Shown in pieces: positions 9,295-19,274 of a DNA stretch of 64,000 nt. The position numbers and the translations under genes are program-made. Location: contig JAVZHX010000001.1 in the NCBI GenBank assembly GCA_038871515.1, positions 352,001-416,000 on the forward strand, in the 5' to 3' direction. The stretch comes from Candidatus Micrarchaeia archaeon. GTDB lineage: Archaea > Micrarchaeota > Micrarchaeia > Burarchaeales > Fermentimicrarchaeaceae. Each line of letters opens with the position of its first letter. The stretch's first letter is position 1. The notes below the pieces were generated by a model. The model saw nothing but the letters and a program-made list of their open reading frames with translations, was not told where the DNA came from and made no database searches.

Positions 9295-10578
9295 TTAAGT
9301 TCCTGCCTCCCACGAGCGAGCATACCTCAACTGCTCAGCAGTTGGCTTTGTGAGTTTAACCCCATTCAACTCAAGCACAAGCCGGGCAACTTCATCATCT
9401 ATCTCCTTTGGAACTACAATTACTTTTTTGGGAAGTTTATTTTCTAAAATAAACTCTAAGCTCATAACTTGGAGGGCAAAGCTCCCATCCATTATTTCAA
9501 TTGGGTGCCCCTGTCCAGCCGGCCTTGCAAGGTTCACAAGCCTTCCCTCAGAGAGAAGATATAACTTCTTTCCATTTTTCAAAACGAACCTCTCTACATT
9601 TTCCTTTACTCTGTCTTTTTTTATTGCAATTTTCCTTAATGAATTAACATCTATTTCATTATCAAAATGCCCTGCGTTTGCAAGCACTGCTCCATCCTTC
9701 ATCCTCTCAAAATGTTTTTTTGTTATAACATTGATGTTCCCCGTTGCAGTTATGAATATATCTCCTTCCTCTGCTGCCTCATCCATACTCATCACTCTGA
9801 AACCGCTGTAAAGCGCTTCAAGTGCTTTGTGCTGCCCTGCGGGACTGTTTTCATTTGTCAACCTGCCAAGAGTTTCAACAACTATCACGTTTGCTCCCAA
9901 ACCCCTCATCCTCTCGCATATTCCTCTGCCGCACCACCCAAACCCAACTACAACAACTGTTTTTCCAGCAATGAGTTTGTTTGTTGCCCTCATTATTCCT
10001 TCAACTGCGCTCTGCGCAGTTCCAAACCTGTTGTCAAAGAGGAATTTTGAGTATGCATCATTCACCGCTACAACTGGAAACTCAAGCTTGCCCTCTCTTT
10101 CCATTGCTCTTAACCTATTCACTCCCGTTGTTGTTTCCTCACACGCCCCCCTTATCCTCTCAATTAACTCCCTTCTTTTTTTATGAACCATAAATATCTG
10201 GTCGCACCCATCATCAATCAACAAATCTGGTTGATGGTTCAGAACGCTGTTTATATTTTTGTAATAATCCTCCCTGCTTTCACCTGCCCATGCGTATACA
10301 TCAACTCCTTTTTCAGCTAACGCAGCAGCTACTCTGTCGTCTGTTGTGAGTGGGTTGCAGCTTGCAGCAGCAACCGTTGCTCCTCCTTTCATCAGAGTTT
10401 CAATAAGCACTCCAGTTTTCTTCTCAAGGTGAAGGCACACCCCAATGCAAATCCCTCTGAACGGCTTTTCCTTCTCAAATTTCTTCCCAATAAAATTAAG
10501 GAGAGGCATATTCTCCCTTGCCCACGCAAGCTCCTTCTCTCCCTCTCCTGAAAGCTTAGGGTTTTTTATTCTGCTCAT
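9295..10578 (-). CDS. ahcY: Adenosylhomocysteinase
   Basis: CNPLTTDD, EETTTG, FDNRFGT, GFGWCG, GHFDNEI, GRLVNL. Confidence 0.97.
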   Translation of the reverse strand: MSRIKNPKLSGEGEKELAWARENMPLLNFIGKKFEKEKPFRGICIGVCLHLEKKTGVLIETLMKGGATVAAASCNPLTTDDRVAAALAEKGVDVYAWAGESREDYYKNINSVLNHQPDLLIDDGCDQIFMVHKKRRELIERIRGACEETTTGVNRLRAMEREGKLEFPVVAVNDAYSKFLFDNRFGTAQSAVEGIMRATNKLIAGKTVVVVGFGWCGRGICERMRGLGANVIVVETLGRLTNENSPAGQHKALEALYSGFRVMSMDEAAEEGDIFITATGNINVITKKHFERMKDGAVLANAGHFDNEIDVNSLRKIAIKKDRVKENVERFVLKNGKKLYLLSEGRLVNLARPAGQGHPIEIMDGSFALQVMSLEFILENKLPKKVIVVPKEIDDEVARLVLELNGVKLTKPTAEQLRYARSWEAGT

Positions 10579-10648
10579 GTTATCACAATAGTTTTATGTT
10601 TCCTGTTCTAAAAGCTTCTCCTGAATAATATGTGTCAGTATTTTTAAA

Positions 10649-10663
10649 TAAAACTGAGTTATA
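10649..10663. promoter_or_regulatory. Palindromic operator copy TAAAACTGAGTTATA, overlapping the 3' end of a TATA-like TTTTTAAATA
   Basis: 14/15 match to the palindrome at 14526-14540. Confidence 0.65.
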
Positions 10664-10683
10664 GTATAAGGGGTGCTCTTTGG

Positions 10684-11061
10684 ATGATGATGCCCTGTGA
10701 AGTAATCGTTCGCTACTACCTGCCTGCCGTCAGGTATAGAGTTGCAAAGGAGCTGCTGGAGAAGCATGGGTGGACTCAGGTTGAAGTTTCAAAGGAGCTT
10801 GGGATAACACAGGCTGCAGTAAGCAAGTACAGAAGCGGTAAGTTGGACAGGAAGGCGAAGGAGTTTGCAGAGAGCGATGAAATAAAGGAAGCTGCAGAAA
10901 GAATTGCGGAGAAAATTGCTTCTGGTGAAATTAAAACTCCAAAATCAATAAACAAAATCTGTCTTCTCTGTGTTTCGCTGAGAAAAAATGGTAAGCTTTG
11001 CGAGCTTCATCTTGATATGAAGAAACTTGAAAGGAATGTATGCGACGTCTGTCTTAAGTAG
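10684..11061 (+). CDS. Cys-rich XRE-type HTH regulator (COG2522-like, related to the ThiR N-domain)
   Basis: PCE....YLPAVR..VAKEL, WTQVEVSKELGITQAAVSKY; C-terminal CxxC, C-xx-H and CxxC. Confidence 0.85.
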   Translation: MMMPCEVIVRYYLPAVRYRVAKELLEKHGWTQVEVSKELGITQAAVSKYRSGKLDRKAKEFAESDEIKEAAERIAEKIASGEIKTPKSINKICLLCVSLRKNGKLCELHLDMKKLERNVCDVCLK

Positions 11062-11069
11062 GTGAGCTT

Positions 11070-11915
11070 TTGAGAGAGTTTCCCCAGCTCATTTTTTACG
11101 TTTGCTTCTTCCTCATTTTCATTTACTGCTCCCTTCTCCTGCTCTCCCCTATTTTAATTCAATCAGATAACAGATTTTTTGTGGGGGTTGGGGCAGTTAG
11201 TTACATATTCAATATATTTATGTGCCATCAGCTTCCGCAGAGAAGTTTTTTCATTTTCGGGGAGCAGATGCCGGTGTGCTCAAGAGATGCCAGTTTATTT
11301 TTTGGCGTTCTGCTTGCTTTTGTTCTATCAGCAGCGAAGCTTCCTTCTTTTTTGAAAAAACCACATCTTTCAGTGCTGAGCGTTATTCTGCTTGGCATTG
11401 ATGGAGTGCTCCAGCTTATTGGAGTTTGGGAAAGCACCAATTTAATTAGAGCTTTCACTGGTTTTTTTGCTGGGTTTGTGATTACGCTGTATGTAATTGA
11501 GGTGTTTGTTGGCGAGTGGCGGTTTAACAGAAAACTTGTTCTGAGGGCTTTTCTCTCAGTGCTACCCGTTCTGATACTTCTTCTTTTATCCTCTTTCTAC
11601 GTGGGTGGCATCTACCTAACAAAATCAGAAGTTTTAACAAGAGCAAAAGCAATAAATAACTCACCATTCATAAAAGTGTTTTACATAGCGCCGCGTGCAT
11701 TCAGCTCAAGCATACCAAGTGATGTTTACGTGCAAGATTACAATGACACGGTACTGAACGACGTGGCAAGAATTGGAAACGGCAAGCACTCTTATGGGGT
11801 GTGGGTTGCAGTTTTTTCAAACGAATCGCATGGGAGGTATGTTTTTGCATCTGAGGGAGTGAATTGCTTCTACGATGCAATGAGTGGAGAGTTTATAGGA
11901 ATGTTTGAGCATTGA
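11070..11915 (+). CDS. DUF2085-like membrane protein
   Basis: CHQLPQRSF...PVCSRD, DG..Q, ESTN.IR..TG. Confidence 0.8.
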   Translation: MREFPQLIFYVCFFLIFIYCSLLLLSPILIQSDNRFFVGVGAVSYIFNIFMCHQLPQRSFFIFGEQMPVCSRDASLFFGVLLAFVLSAAKLPSFLKKPHLSVLSVILLGIDGVLQLIGVWESTNLIRAFTGFFAGFVITLYVIEVFVGEWRFNRKLVLRAFLSVLPVLILLLLSSFYVGGIYLTKSEVLTRAKAINNSPFIKVFYIAPRAFSSSIPSDVYVQDYNDTVLNDVARIGNGKHSYGVWVAVFSNESHGRYVFASEGVNCFYDAMSGEFIGMFEH

Positions 11916-11924
11916 GGTGGGAGA

Positions 11925-13478
11925 ATGGAGCATAAGAAACATGATGCTGAGAAAGCAAGGGGTCTTTTTAAAGATCCTGTGAAGGTTGTTTTGGTACTTA
12001 TAATTATTGCGCTTCTAGCATACATTGCTATGAAACCACAGGAACAACCTCCTTCTAATGAACAGCAGGGAGGGAGCAACCAAACCGCGAAGAAAGCAAA
12101 CGCAACAATTGAGCTTTTTGTTATGAGCCAGTGCCCGTATGGAGTTCAGGCAGAAGTTCTGATTGAGAAGGTTATTTCAAAGTTCAAAGGAGAGGTTAAC
12201 CTGAGTTTGCATTTCATTGCAAATGAAAATGCTGAGGGTGGTTTTTCAAGTTTGCACGGGCAGACAGAGGTTGATGAGGATATACGGCAGGTTTGCATAA
12301 TGAAATATTATCCGGAGAAGCTGTGGAACTACTTGCTGTGTGTTGCATCAAATTACACGAATGTTGCAGGTGTTTGGGAGAGCTGTGCAGCGCAGAATGG
12401 AATTGATAAGGAGAAGATAAGGAGCTGTTCAACTGGTGAGGAAGGAAAAGCTCTGCTTAGGGAGAATATAAAGAGAACAAATGAACTTGGGGTAACTGCT
12501 TCGCCAACAATATTTTTGAATGGACAGCCCTACTCTGGCTTAAGGGATGAGAGTTCAATAACAAGAGCGATATGCGAGTTGATTCCAAGTAGTGAGACGT
12601 GCAAGAACATTCCACCAGAGGTAAGCGTTGAACTGATAGTGATTAATGATGACAACTGCCTTCTCTGCGACCCAAGTGGAATTGAGAATAGCTTGAAGGG
12701 GTTGATACCAAACTTGAAGATAAAGGAGCTTGATTACTCGAAAGGAGAAGGCAAAGCGCTTGTTGAGAGGCTCGGTATATCCGCACTGCCAGTATACCTT
12801 TTCAATTCCTCTATAACACAGCACTCATCATACGAAACTCTTTCAAGGTATCTCATAAGGGCGGATTCGTATTACATAATAAACGTCCAGCCAGTCAAGC
12901 TGCTTGACAGAGTTGAGGAGAACAACACGGTGCAGCTTTTTGTTATGAGCCAGTGCCCGTATGGAACAATGGCAGAAAGGGCAATGAAGGAGTTGCTTGA
13001 TGCAGTGCCTGAAGTGAAATTCAGAGGTTTATATTTCATTGCAAACGAAGTTGGAAACGGAACCTTCCAGAGTTTGCACGGGCAGACAGAGGTTGATGAG
13101 GATATACGGCAGGTTTGCATAATGAAATATTATCCGGAGAAGCTGTGGAACTACTTGCTGTGTGTTGCATCAAATTACACGAATGTTGCAGGTGTTTGGG
13201 AGAGCTGTGCAGCGCAGAATGGAATTGATAAGGAGAAGATAAGGAGCTGTTCAACTGGTGAGGAAGGAAAAGCTCTGCTTAGGGAGAATATAAAGAGAAC
13301 AAATGAACTTGGGATTGGTTCTTCACCGACAATAATGCTTAACAACAACACTCTTTTCAGCACAATTTACGCAGAGCAGATGAAGCAGGTTGTGTGCGCG
13401 TACAACCCAGTAATGGAAGGGTGCAACAAAACGCTAAGTGGAGCTGGAGCAACCGCTCCAAGCGGAGGATGTGGTTAA
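11925..13478 (+). CDS. Membrane-anchored thioredoxin-fold (DsbA/GILT-like) protein with a duplicated domain
   Basis: N-terminal TM, two LFVMSQCPYG...SPT domains and a central CLLC domain. Confidence 0.8.
   Translation: MEHKKHDAEKARGLFKDPVKVVLVLIIIALLAYIAMKPQEQPPSNEQQGGSNQTAKKANATIELFVMSQCPYGVQAEVLIEKVISKFKGEVNLSLHFIANENAEGGFSSLHGQTEVDEDIRQVCIMKYYPEKLWNYLLCVASNYTNVAGVWESCAAQNGIDKEKIRSCSTGEEGKALLRENIKRTNELGVTASPTIFLNGQPYSGLRDESSITRAICELIPSSETCKNIPPEVSVELIVINDDNCLLCDPSGIENSLKGLIPNLKIKELDYSKGEGKALVERLGISALPVYLFNSSITQHSSYETLSRYLIRADSYYIINVQPVKLLDRVEENNTVQLFVMSQCPYGTMAERAMKELLDAVPEVKFRGLYFIANEVGNGTFQSLHGQTEVDEDIRQVCIMKYYPEKLWNYLLCVASNYTNVAGVWESCAAQNGIDKEKIRSCSTGEEGKALLRENIKRTNELGIGSSPTIMLNNNTLFSTIYAEQMKQVVCAYNPVMEGCNKTLSGAGATAPSGGCG
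12249..12491 (+). repeat. 243-bp exact direct repeat, copy 1
   Basis: Identical to 13071-13313 by base-by-base comparison. Confidence 0.95.
13071..13313 (+). repeat. 243-bp exact direct repeat, copy 2
   Basis: Identical to 12249-12491 (offset 822). Confidence 0.95.
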
Positions 13479-14293
13479 ACACCCAACGCATTTTCAATTT
13501 CTTTTTCCAATTTTATTTCCTTGCCAAATTTCCTTAAAGCAAGCTTGGCTGCTTTCACTCCACTGAGGAACATCGCTCCATATAACGGACCCATCCTTGG
13601 CAAGCCACCGATGGAGTTTGAAGCCATCCCGCACACAATTAAACCAGGGTAAACCTCTTTTGTATTTCTTATTGTTGCTTTTTCAGCTTCGGCAGCCCAC
13701 ATTGAACCCTCAAGCGGTTCAGGTATGTTCAGGCGAAGCTTCTTCCTTGCTATCCTGGCAACCTCTGCTTGGTGACCTGTTGCATCAATCACAACTTTTG
13801 ATTTCAGCGCAAGCGGATCAACACAGGTTAGAAAAGGAGGAAGCAAACTCACAGAGTGCCAGTTGACAACAACTCCCGTTATTCTATTCTTTCTGTAAAC
13901 AACGTCTTTCACTTCAAGCGAGTTGAAAACAACTGCGCCTGCATCAAGCGCAGCAGCAATCAACTTTGCAGAAATATGGGGTGAGCTTCCAACATAAACG
14001 CCCTTCTCATACTCCTTCATTTTAACTCCAACTTCCTCAACAAGTTTGTGTGCAGGCGCCTCCACAACCATCTCAGGAAAAAGCATTCCCCCCTGCCACA
14101 TGCCCCCTCCCATCATTATATTCCTCTCAACAATCAGCGTTTTCACTCCTGCTTTTGCAAGATACCTTGCGGCAGTTATTCCAGCTGGGCCGGAGCCAAC
14201 GACAATTACGTCTGACTCCGTATAATCTAGAAACTTCTTTACAAACTCGCTTGCAATTGCTCTTGTAATTGTAGTTTCATCTACCTCTTTCAT
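13475..14293 (-). CDS. thi4: Thiazole synthase Thi4
   Basis: VGSGPAG, GGGMWQGG, VDP, DATGH, RMGPLYGAMFLSG. Confidence 0.93.
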   Translation of the reverse strand: MKEVDETTITRAIASEFVKKFLDYTESDVIVVGSGPAGITAARYLAKAGVKTLIVERNIMMGGGMWQGGMLFPEMVVEAPAHKLVEEVGVKMKEYEKGVYVGSSPHISAKLIAAALDAGAVVFNSLEVKDVVYRKNRITGVVVNWHSVSLLPPFLTCVDPLALKSKVVIDATGHQAEVARIARKKLRLNIPEPLEGSMWAAEAEKATIRNTKEVYPGLIVCGMASNSIGGLPRMGPLYGAMFLSGVKAAKLALRKFGKEIKLEKEIENALGV

Positions 14294-14319
14294 AATGTCA
14301 CCTCTGCAAACTAAAATTT

Positions 14320-14499
14320 CTATAAACTTATCGCGTGAACAGGGCAGTTCTCAGCAGCTGCCTTACAATCGCACTTCTTACAGCCCTTTGGGTTGTATGC
14401 TTCTGACTTGCCATCACTGCCTATTCTGAAAACATCTGGGCAAAGGGAAACGCATGCTCCACACCCAATGCACAACTCCTTGTCAACTTTCACTGGCAT
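14320..14499 (-). CDS. Ferredoxin (single 4Fe-4S type)
   Basis: CIGCGACVSLCP...AAENCP. Confidence 0.92.
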   Translation of the reverse strand: MPVKVDKELCIGCGACVSLCPDVFRIGSDGKSEAYNPKGCKKCDCKAAAENCPVHAISL

Positions 14500-14523
14500 G
14501 TGAATCAACCTCCATATTTTTTA

Positions 14524-14542
14524 AATATAACTGAGTTATATT
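14524..14542. promoter_or_regulatory. Perfect 19-bp palindrome AATATAACT-G-AGTTATATT between the divergent fdx-thi4 and iscS
   Basis: Read directly from the sequence; recurs upstream of the HTH regulator and iscU. Confidence 0.75.
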
Positions 14543-14592
14543 ATCAGTAAAATAACTCTTGCAAATAAAAGTTTAAAAGCATATGTGATTTT

Positions 14593-15780
14593 ATGAAGCG
14601 CATATACTTTGACCACTCCGCAACAACTCCTCTTGACAGAAGGGTTTTTGAGGAGATGAAACCGTACTTCAGTTTGAAGTTTGGAAACGCATCAAGCTTG
14701 CACTCCTTTGGAAGGGAAGCGCATGAGGCAGTTGAGAAGGCAAGGGAGAGGGTTGCAAAAGCATTGAACTGCTCTCCTTCAGAAGTTTACTTCACCTCTG
14801 GAGGGACAGAGGCGGATAACTGGGCTTTGAAGGGAGTTGCATACGCGAACAGAAAGAGAGGGAAGCACATAATCACATCTTCAATTGAGCACCATGCAAT
14901 TCTCCATACATGCGAATACTTGGAGAGGAATGGTTTTGAAGTTACCTATCTCCCAGTTGATAGATATGGAATGGTGAGAGTTGAAGATGTTGAGAGGGCG
15001 ATACGCAAGGACACAATTCTCATTTCAGTTATGCACGCAAACAATGAAATTGGCACAATTGAGCCAATTGAGGAGATTGGCAGAATTGCACATGAGAGAG
15101 GAATTTACTTCCATACTGACGGCGTTCAGAGTTTCTGCAAAATTCCAACGGATGTTGATAAATTGAACGTTGATTTATTTTCAATTTCTGCTCATAAACT
15201 ATACGGACCGAAGGGAGTTGGAGCGCTTTACATTCGCTCAGGAGTGAAAATTGAGCCGTTGCTTCACGGAGGAGGGCATGAGAGAGGGATGCGCTCGGGA
15301 ACGGAGAACACTCCTGGGATAGTTGGGTTGGGCGCTGCTGCTGAGCTAGGAATAAAAAGGATGAAACAGGATAGTGAAAAATTAACTTTCCTGCGTGATA
15401 GATTGATAAAGGGAGTTTTGGAAGTTGAGGATTCCTGGCTGAATGGGCACCCAAAGAAACGTTTGCCGAACAACGCTCACTTCTGCTTCAGGTTAATTGA
15501 GGGCGAAGCACTTATACTAAGATTGGATGACAGGGGAATTGCTGCCTCAACAGGCTCTGCTTGCTCCTCAAAGTCTTTGGAGCCGAGCCATGTGCTGCTG
15601 AGAATTGGGTTGAAGCACGAGGAAGCGCATGGTTCATTGAGGTTGAGTTTGGGGAGGGAGAATACGGAAAAGGAAATTGATTATGCAATTAAAGTTATTC
15701 CTGAGGAAGTTGAAAAGCTCAGGGAGATTTCTCCTTTCAAAACAAAAAAACAGCTCTCGCTTTTCAAACCAACTGAGTAA
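14593..15780 (+). CDS. iscS: Cysteine desulfurase
   Basis: YFDHSATTP, FTSGGTE, SAHK (PLP Lys), STGSACSS. Confidence 0.96.
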   Translation: MKRIYFDHSATTPLDRRVFEEMKPYFSLKFGNASSLHSFGREAHEAVEKARERVAKALNCSPSEVYFTSGGTEADNWALKGVAYANRKRGKHIITSSIEHHAILHTCEYLERNGFEVTYLPVDRYGMVRVEDVERAIRKDTILISVMHANNEIGTIEPIEEIGRIAHERGIYFHTDGVQSFCKIPTDVDKLNVDLFSISAHKLYGPKGVGALYIRSGVKIEPLLHGGGHERGMRSGTENTPGIVGLGAAAELGIKRMKQDSEKLTFLRDRLIKGVLEVEDSWLNGHPKKRLPNNAHFCFRLIEGEALILRLDDRGIAASTGSACSSKSLEPSHVLLRIGLKHEEAHGSLRLSLGRENTEKEIDYAIKVIPEEVEKLREISPFKTKKQLSLFKPTE

Positions 15781-17025
15781 TCACTCATACCTCAATGCAT
15801 CCACTGGTGGAAGCGAAGCTGCGTTCCTTGCCGGCACAAGCCCGGCGATTATTCCAACAAGCGCTGAAAAAACAATCCCAAAGGCAGCCAGTTCAGGTGT
15901 GATCACTGAGCTAACTCCAAAATCATTCAGAACTGCTGAAATAATGAAGCTCAGCAGAACTCCCAACACCCCACCAACCAACCCGATAACGCTGGCTTCC
16001 ATAAGAAACAGCTTTAGAATATCACTGCTTGTTGAACCAAGCGCTTTCAAAATTCCAATGTATTTTGTCTGCTCAAGCACGCTCATGAACATTGTGTTCG
16101 CCACCCCTATGCCACCAACCACAAGCGCAACAGACGCAATTCCTCCAAGAAAGAGGGTGAGCGTTTCAGTCACGCTTGAAACGGCAGACTGGAGAGTAGA
16201 GGCGGTGGTTACTGTGAAATCCTCCTGACCCTCCGCAACGTTATGCAGCGAGCGTAACTCAGCTGAAATCGCATCTGCAACATCGTTTGTGTCGTATCCA
16301 TCTGCAGCAACCACCACTATTTGACTTACTGTTTTCGTTTGGTTGAACATGCTTTTTGCAATTCTCTGGGGTATGTAAACATTATTATCCGCGCTGCCAA
16401 AAGAGGAGCCTGCTGGCTGGAGTATTCCAACAACTCTGAATGCAACTCCATCTATCTTAATCTGTTTATTCACTATATTCAAATCATTAAAAGTTCTGTT
16501 TGCAACAGAGAAGCCAATTACTGCTGAATACTGGTCGCTTGTGCTCAAGTATCTGCCATCATACAAGCCAACTCCAATGCTCCTGCTGAACTGCAGTGGC
16601 TCTGTGCCTATAATGGTAAGAGAGGTATTTTGATTTCCATACTCCACCCTTGCTCGCTTCTCAATTCTTGCATCAAGCGCATCCACGCCAGGTATCAGCC
16701 TCAGCGCATCTGCCTCCGAAAAGGTTATTGTGTTGCTCTCCCTCTGCTGAAAACCGGATGGTGGAGGTCCTCCCCCACCCCCAAACCCAATCATAGGTAA
16801 CCCGCCAATTCTTGCAGCTCTCATCCCTCCTGGCGAGATGGTTATTATATTTGCGCCGATATTGCTCAGCCTGCTGCTTATATTCGCAGTTAACCCAAAG
16901 CTTATTGAAACAAGTATAATTATTGCTGCCACCCCTATTACTATACCTAGAATTGCAAGCCAACTTCTTAAGCTTCTGTGCCTAAGCGTGTCAATGGCAA
17001 GCGAAGCCATATCAATGAGCTTCAT
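15781..17025 (-). CDS. MacB/FtsX-family ABC permease
   Basis: RSWLAILGIVIGVAA, VGGIGVANTM..SVLE, IGILKALG, P..ALRYE. Confidence 0.93.
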   Translation of the reverse strand: MKLIDMASLAIDTLRHRSLRSWLAILGIVIGVAAIIILVSISFGLTANISSRLSNIGANIITISPGGMRAARIGGLPMIGFGGGGGPPPSGFQQRESNTITFSEADALRLIPGVDALDARIEKRARVEYGNQNTSLTIIGTEPLQFSRSIGVGLYDGRYLSTSDQYSAVIGFSVANRTFNDLNIVNKQIKIDGVAFRVVGILQPAGSSFGSADNNVYIPQRIAKSMFNQTKTVSQIVVVAADGYDTNDVADAISAELRSLHNVAEGQEDFTVTTASTLQSAVSSVTETLTLFLGGIASVALVVGGIGVANTMFMSVLEQTKYIGILKALGSTSSDILKLFLMEASVIGLVGGVLGVLLSFIISAVLNDFGVSSVITPELAAFGIVFSALVGIIAGLVPARNAASLPPVDALRYE

Positions 17026-18569
17026 CTCTTCCTTCCCTCCCTGTATTCCTTATATTTTCTGTAAATTCTTGGCGCTGCAAAGTATAGAACCACAAGCACA
17101 ACTAAAACTTCAAGAATTGGGATTACATCAATTCCAAACACCCTGAACCCACCTGCGGAACGAGTTCTGTTCGCAAAGCTTGCAGCAGTTGGCAAAGCAC
17201 TCCCCCCAACCTGTATTTCCAGTTCCTTCCTGATGCTCCTCTGCTGGTTCGTCCCATCTCTGAAAGTGACTACCACCTCCAGCTTGTACTTCCCCTGTGT
17301 CAGCCTTGCAGGAGCGCTTATTGTTGGTTGGTAAGTGAAGTAATCATCAACGTTCAGCGTTCCAACAAACTGAGTGTCGCTTGTAACCTGCAAATCTTTT
17401 GAGGATGCGGTCACATAAACGCTCCTTATTGCAGAGTTTCCCGTATTTGCAATTTTAATCTGTATTTTTGTTTCTGCTCCGATTGGTATTGCTGTTGTTT
17501 CAGTCGTAATTGTCAGCTCTGGAGTTGCTTGAACGTACACTCCAACTTTCTCAATACTTGAGTAGCCACTCCCCGAAGTTACGTTCAAAGAAAGCTCGTA
17601 GTAACCAGCTGCAGTTGATGGGGCAACACCCAAAAAAACAGTGCGTGTTTTATTCGCCCCTGCTTCAATCTGGTCAAAGTAAATTTTTGAGGAACCAATT
17701 GGGGTGAAAACGCTTGTTGGGACTACTTCAACAACTGCTGACTCGCTTGTGCTTCCCATATTCCTCACTCTAAGTGTGAATTCTGCCTGGGAGCCAATTT
17801 CAACGGTTCCAACCGGCAGCATCTCAACCCTCAATTGTGAGTGTGGTTGCTCCACAACAATTGGCCCCAGGTAAATTGTATCATTCATTACATTCCTCAG
17901 CGCATCCTCATAGCTAAGCAAGATGGGAATCATCTGCCTTCCGCTTGGAGTTGATGAAGTTGTCTGCAGAGTTATAGAAACGTTTTTGCTTGAATTATAT
18001 GGAATACTTCCAATGTTTATGTAATTCCCCGCGATGAGAAAAGAGGAGCTGGGTGATGATAGTATGACGTTATTTGCAACTCCGCCAGTATTTTTAACTT
18101 CAATCTGAACTGTGAAAATATCACCTGGGAAGATCACCTGCTTATCCACTGAAAGAGTGGTTGCAGTGAGAATTTTCTCCTGGGAAATCTGCAGCGGGAT
18201 TGTGAGCTGGCTTGCCTGCGTTCCACCGGAGTCTGAGTAGTAAATTGTGAGGTAGATTAAATGCAACCCAGTTGTTTTCTCTGGAACAGTGAATGGAATT
18301 GAGGTTATAGTGCTCGAGCCAGCTCCCATATCCCCAACCCACACGGAAACTCCTCCTGGGCCGGCAATAGTCACCGACTTTGCAGTTTCACTTCCTGGGT
18401 TGGTTAGGGTGATTTTCAACTGCCCTGATGAACCTGGGTAGAGTGTTTCTGGAATTGTGGAGTAAGTGGAGATGTATACTGCTCCCCCTCCTCCCGTAGC
18501 ATTTGTTGAAGCGCTGTAAGCAACGCTCGCCAGCGCAAGCAACAATAACAACAAAATTTGTTTTTTCAT
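17022..18569 (-). CDS. S-layer-domain (COG1361-like) Ig-repeat membrane protein
   Basis: Signal peptide, four Ig-like repeats (N.G motifs) and a C-terminal TM; within the ABC operon. Confidence 0.8.
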   Translation of the reverse strand: MKKQILLLLLLALASVAYSASTNATGGGGAVYISTYSTIPETLYPGSSGQLKITLTNPGSETAKSVTIAGPGGVSVWVGDMGAGSSTITSIPFTVPEKTTGLHLIYLTIYYSDSGGTQASQLTIPLQISQEKILTATTLSVDKQVIFPGDIFTVQIEVKNTGGVANNVILSSPSSSFLIAGNYINIGSIPYNSSKNVSITLQTTSSTPSGRQMIPILLSYEDALRNVMNDTIYLGPIVVEQPHSQLRVEMLPVGTVEIGSQAEFTLRVRNMGSTSESAVVEVVPTSVFTPIGSSKIYFDQIEAGANKTRTVFLGVAPSTAAGYYELSLNVTSGSGYSSIEKVGVYVQATPELTITTETTAIPIGAETKIQIKIANTGNSAIRSVYVTASSKDLQVTSDTQFVGTLNVDDYFTYQPTISAPARLTQGKYKLEVVVTFRDGTNQQRSIRKELEIQVGGSALPTAASFANRTRSAGGFRVFGIDVIPILEVLVVLVVLYFAAPRIYRKYKEYREGRKR

Positions 18570-18581
18570 TCTCCCACCTCT

Positions 18582-19274
18582 TTAACCTGCTTTTCTTTTT
18601 GTCTCCTTCTGAATCATCCCATCTTTGATGTATATTGTTCTTTCAGCATACGTCGCAACGTATGGATCGTGAGTTACAAGGATGACCGTTATACCTCTTT
18701 CCTTGTGGAGCTTTGCTATAAAGTCAAGTATTGCTTTCCCAGATTTCGAGTCAAGGTTGCCTGTTGGCTCGTCAGCAAGAATAACTTTTGGGTTTGTGAC
18801 AAGCGCTCTTGCAATCGCAACCCTCTGCTTCTCTCCTCCGCTGAGCTGGGAGGGAAGGTTGTTTTTCTTGTCAGATAAACCAACAACTGCAAGGTGCTTC
18901 TCAACAAGCTCCTTCCTCTCCTTAACATTCATCCCTTGAATTATCAGAGGAAGCTCAACGTTTTTGAAAACAGTAAGAGTTGGCGCGAGGTTGAATGCCT
19001 GAAAAACAAACCCTACATCCTTCTGCCTTATTCTCGCAAGCTGTCCTTCACTCATCTCAGAAGTTTTTGCTCCCTCAAAGAAAATCTCCCCGCTTGTTGG
19101 CTTGTCAAGAAAACCGAGTAAATGAAGGAAGGTGCTCTTGCCACTTCCTGATGGGCCAATTATTGAGAGAAACTCTCCCTCTTTCACTTTGAAGCTTATG
19201 TTTTTCAATGCTTCAAAAGGAGGTTTGGCATCATAAACTTTTGAAACTTTCACGAGCTCAAAGAGAGGCTTCAT
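18582..19274 (-). CDS. ABC ATP-binding protein (LolD/MacB type)
   Basis: [31 protein letters not shown]. Confidence 0.96.
   Translation of the reverse strand: MKPLFELVKVSKVYDAKPPFEALKNISFKVKEGEFLSIIGPSGSGKSTFLHLLGFLDKPTSGEIFFEGAKTSEMSEGQLARIRQKDVGFVFQAFNLAPTLTVFKNVELPLIIQGMNVKERKELVEKHLAVVGLSDKKNNLPSQLSGGEKQRVAIARALVTNPKVILADEPTGNLDSKSGKAILDFIAKLHKERGITVILVTHDPYVATYAERTIYIKDGMIQKETKRKAG

Noticed and set aside
12249..13313. Repeat pair as a DGR template/variable repeat or a CRISPR array
   Set aside because: The copies are identical with no adenine-specific differences, both are in-frame coding, there are no spacers, and no reverse transcriptase or cas gene is present.
13475..14293. Thi4 as the ribose-1,5-bisphosphate isomerase feeding RuBisCO
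   Set aside because: That is a legacy annotation; the family is established as thiazole synthase.
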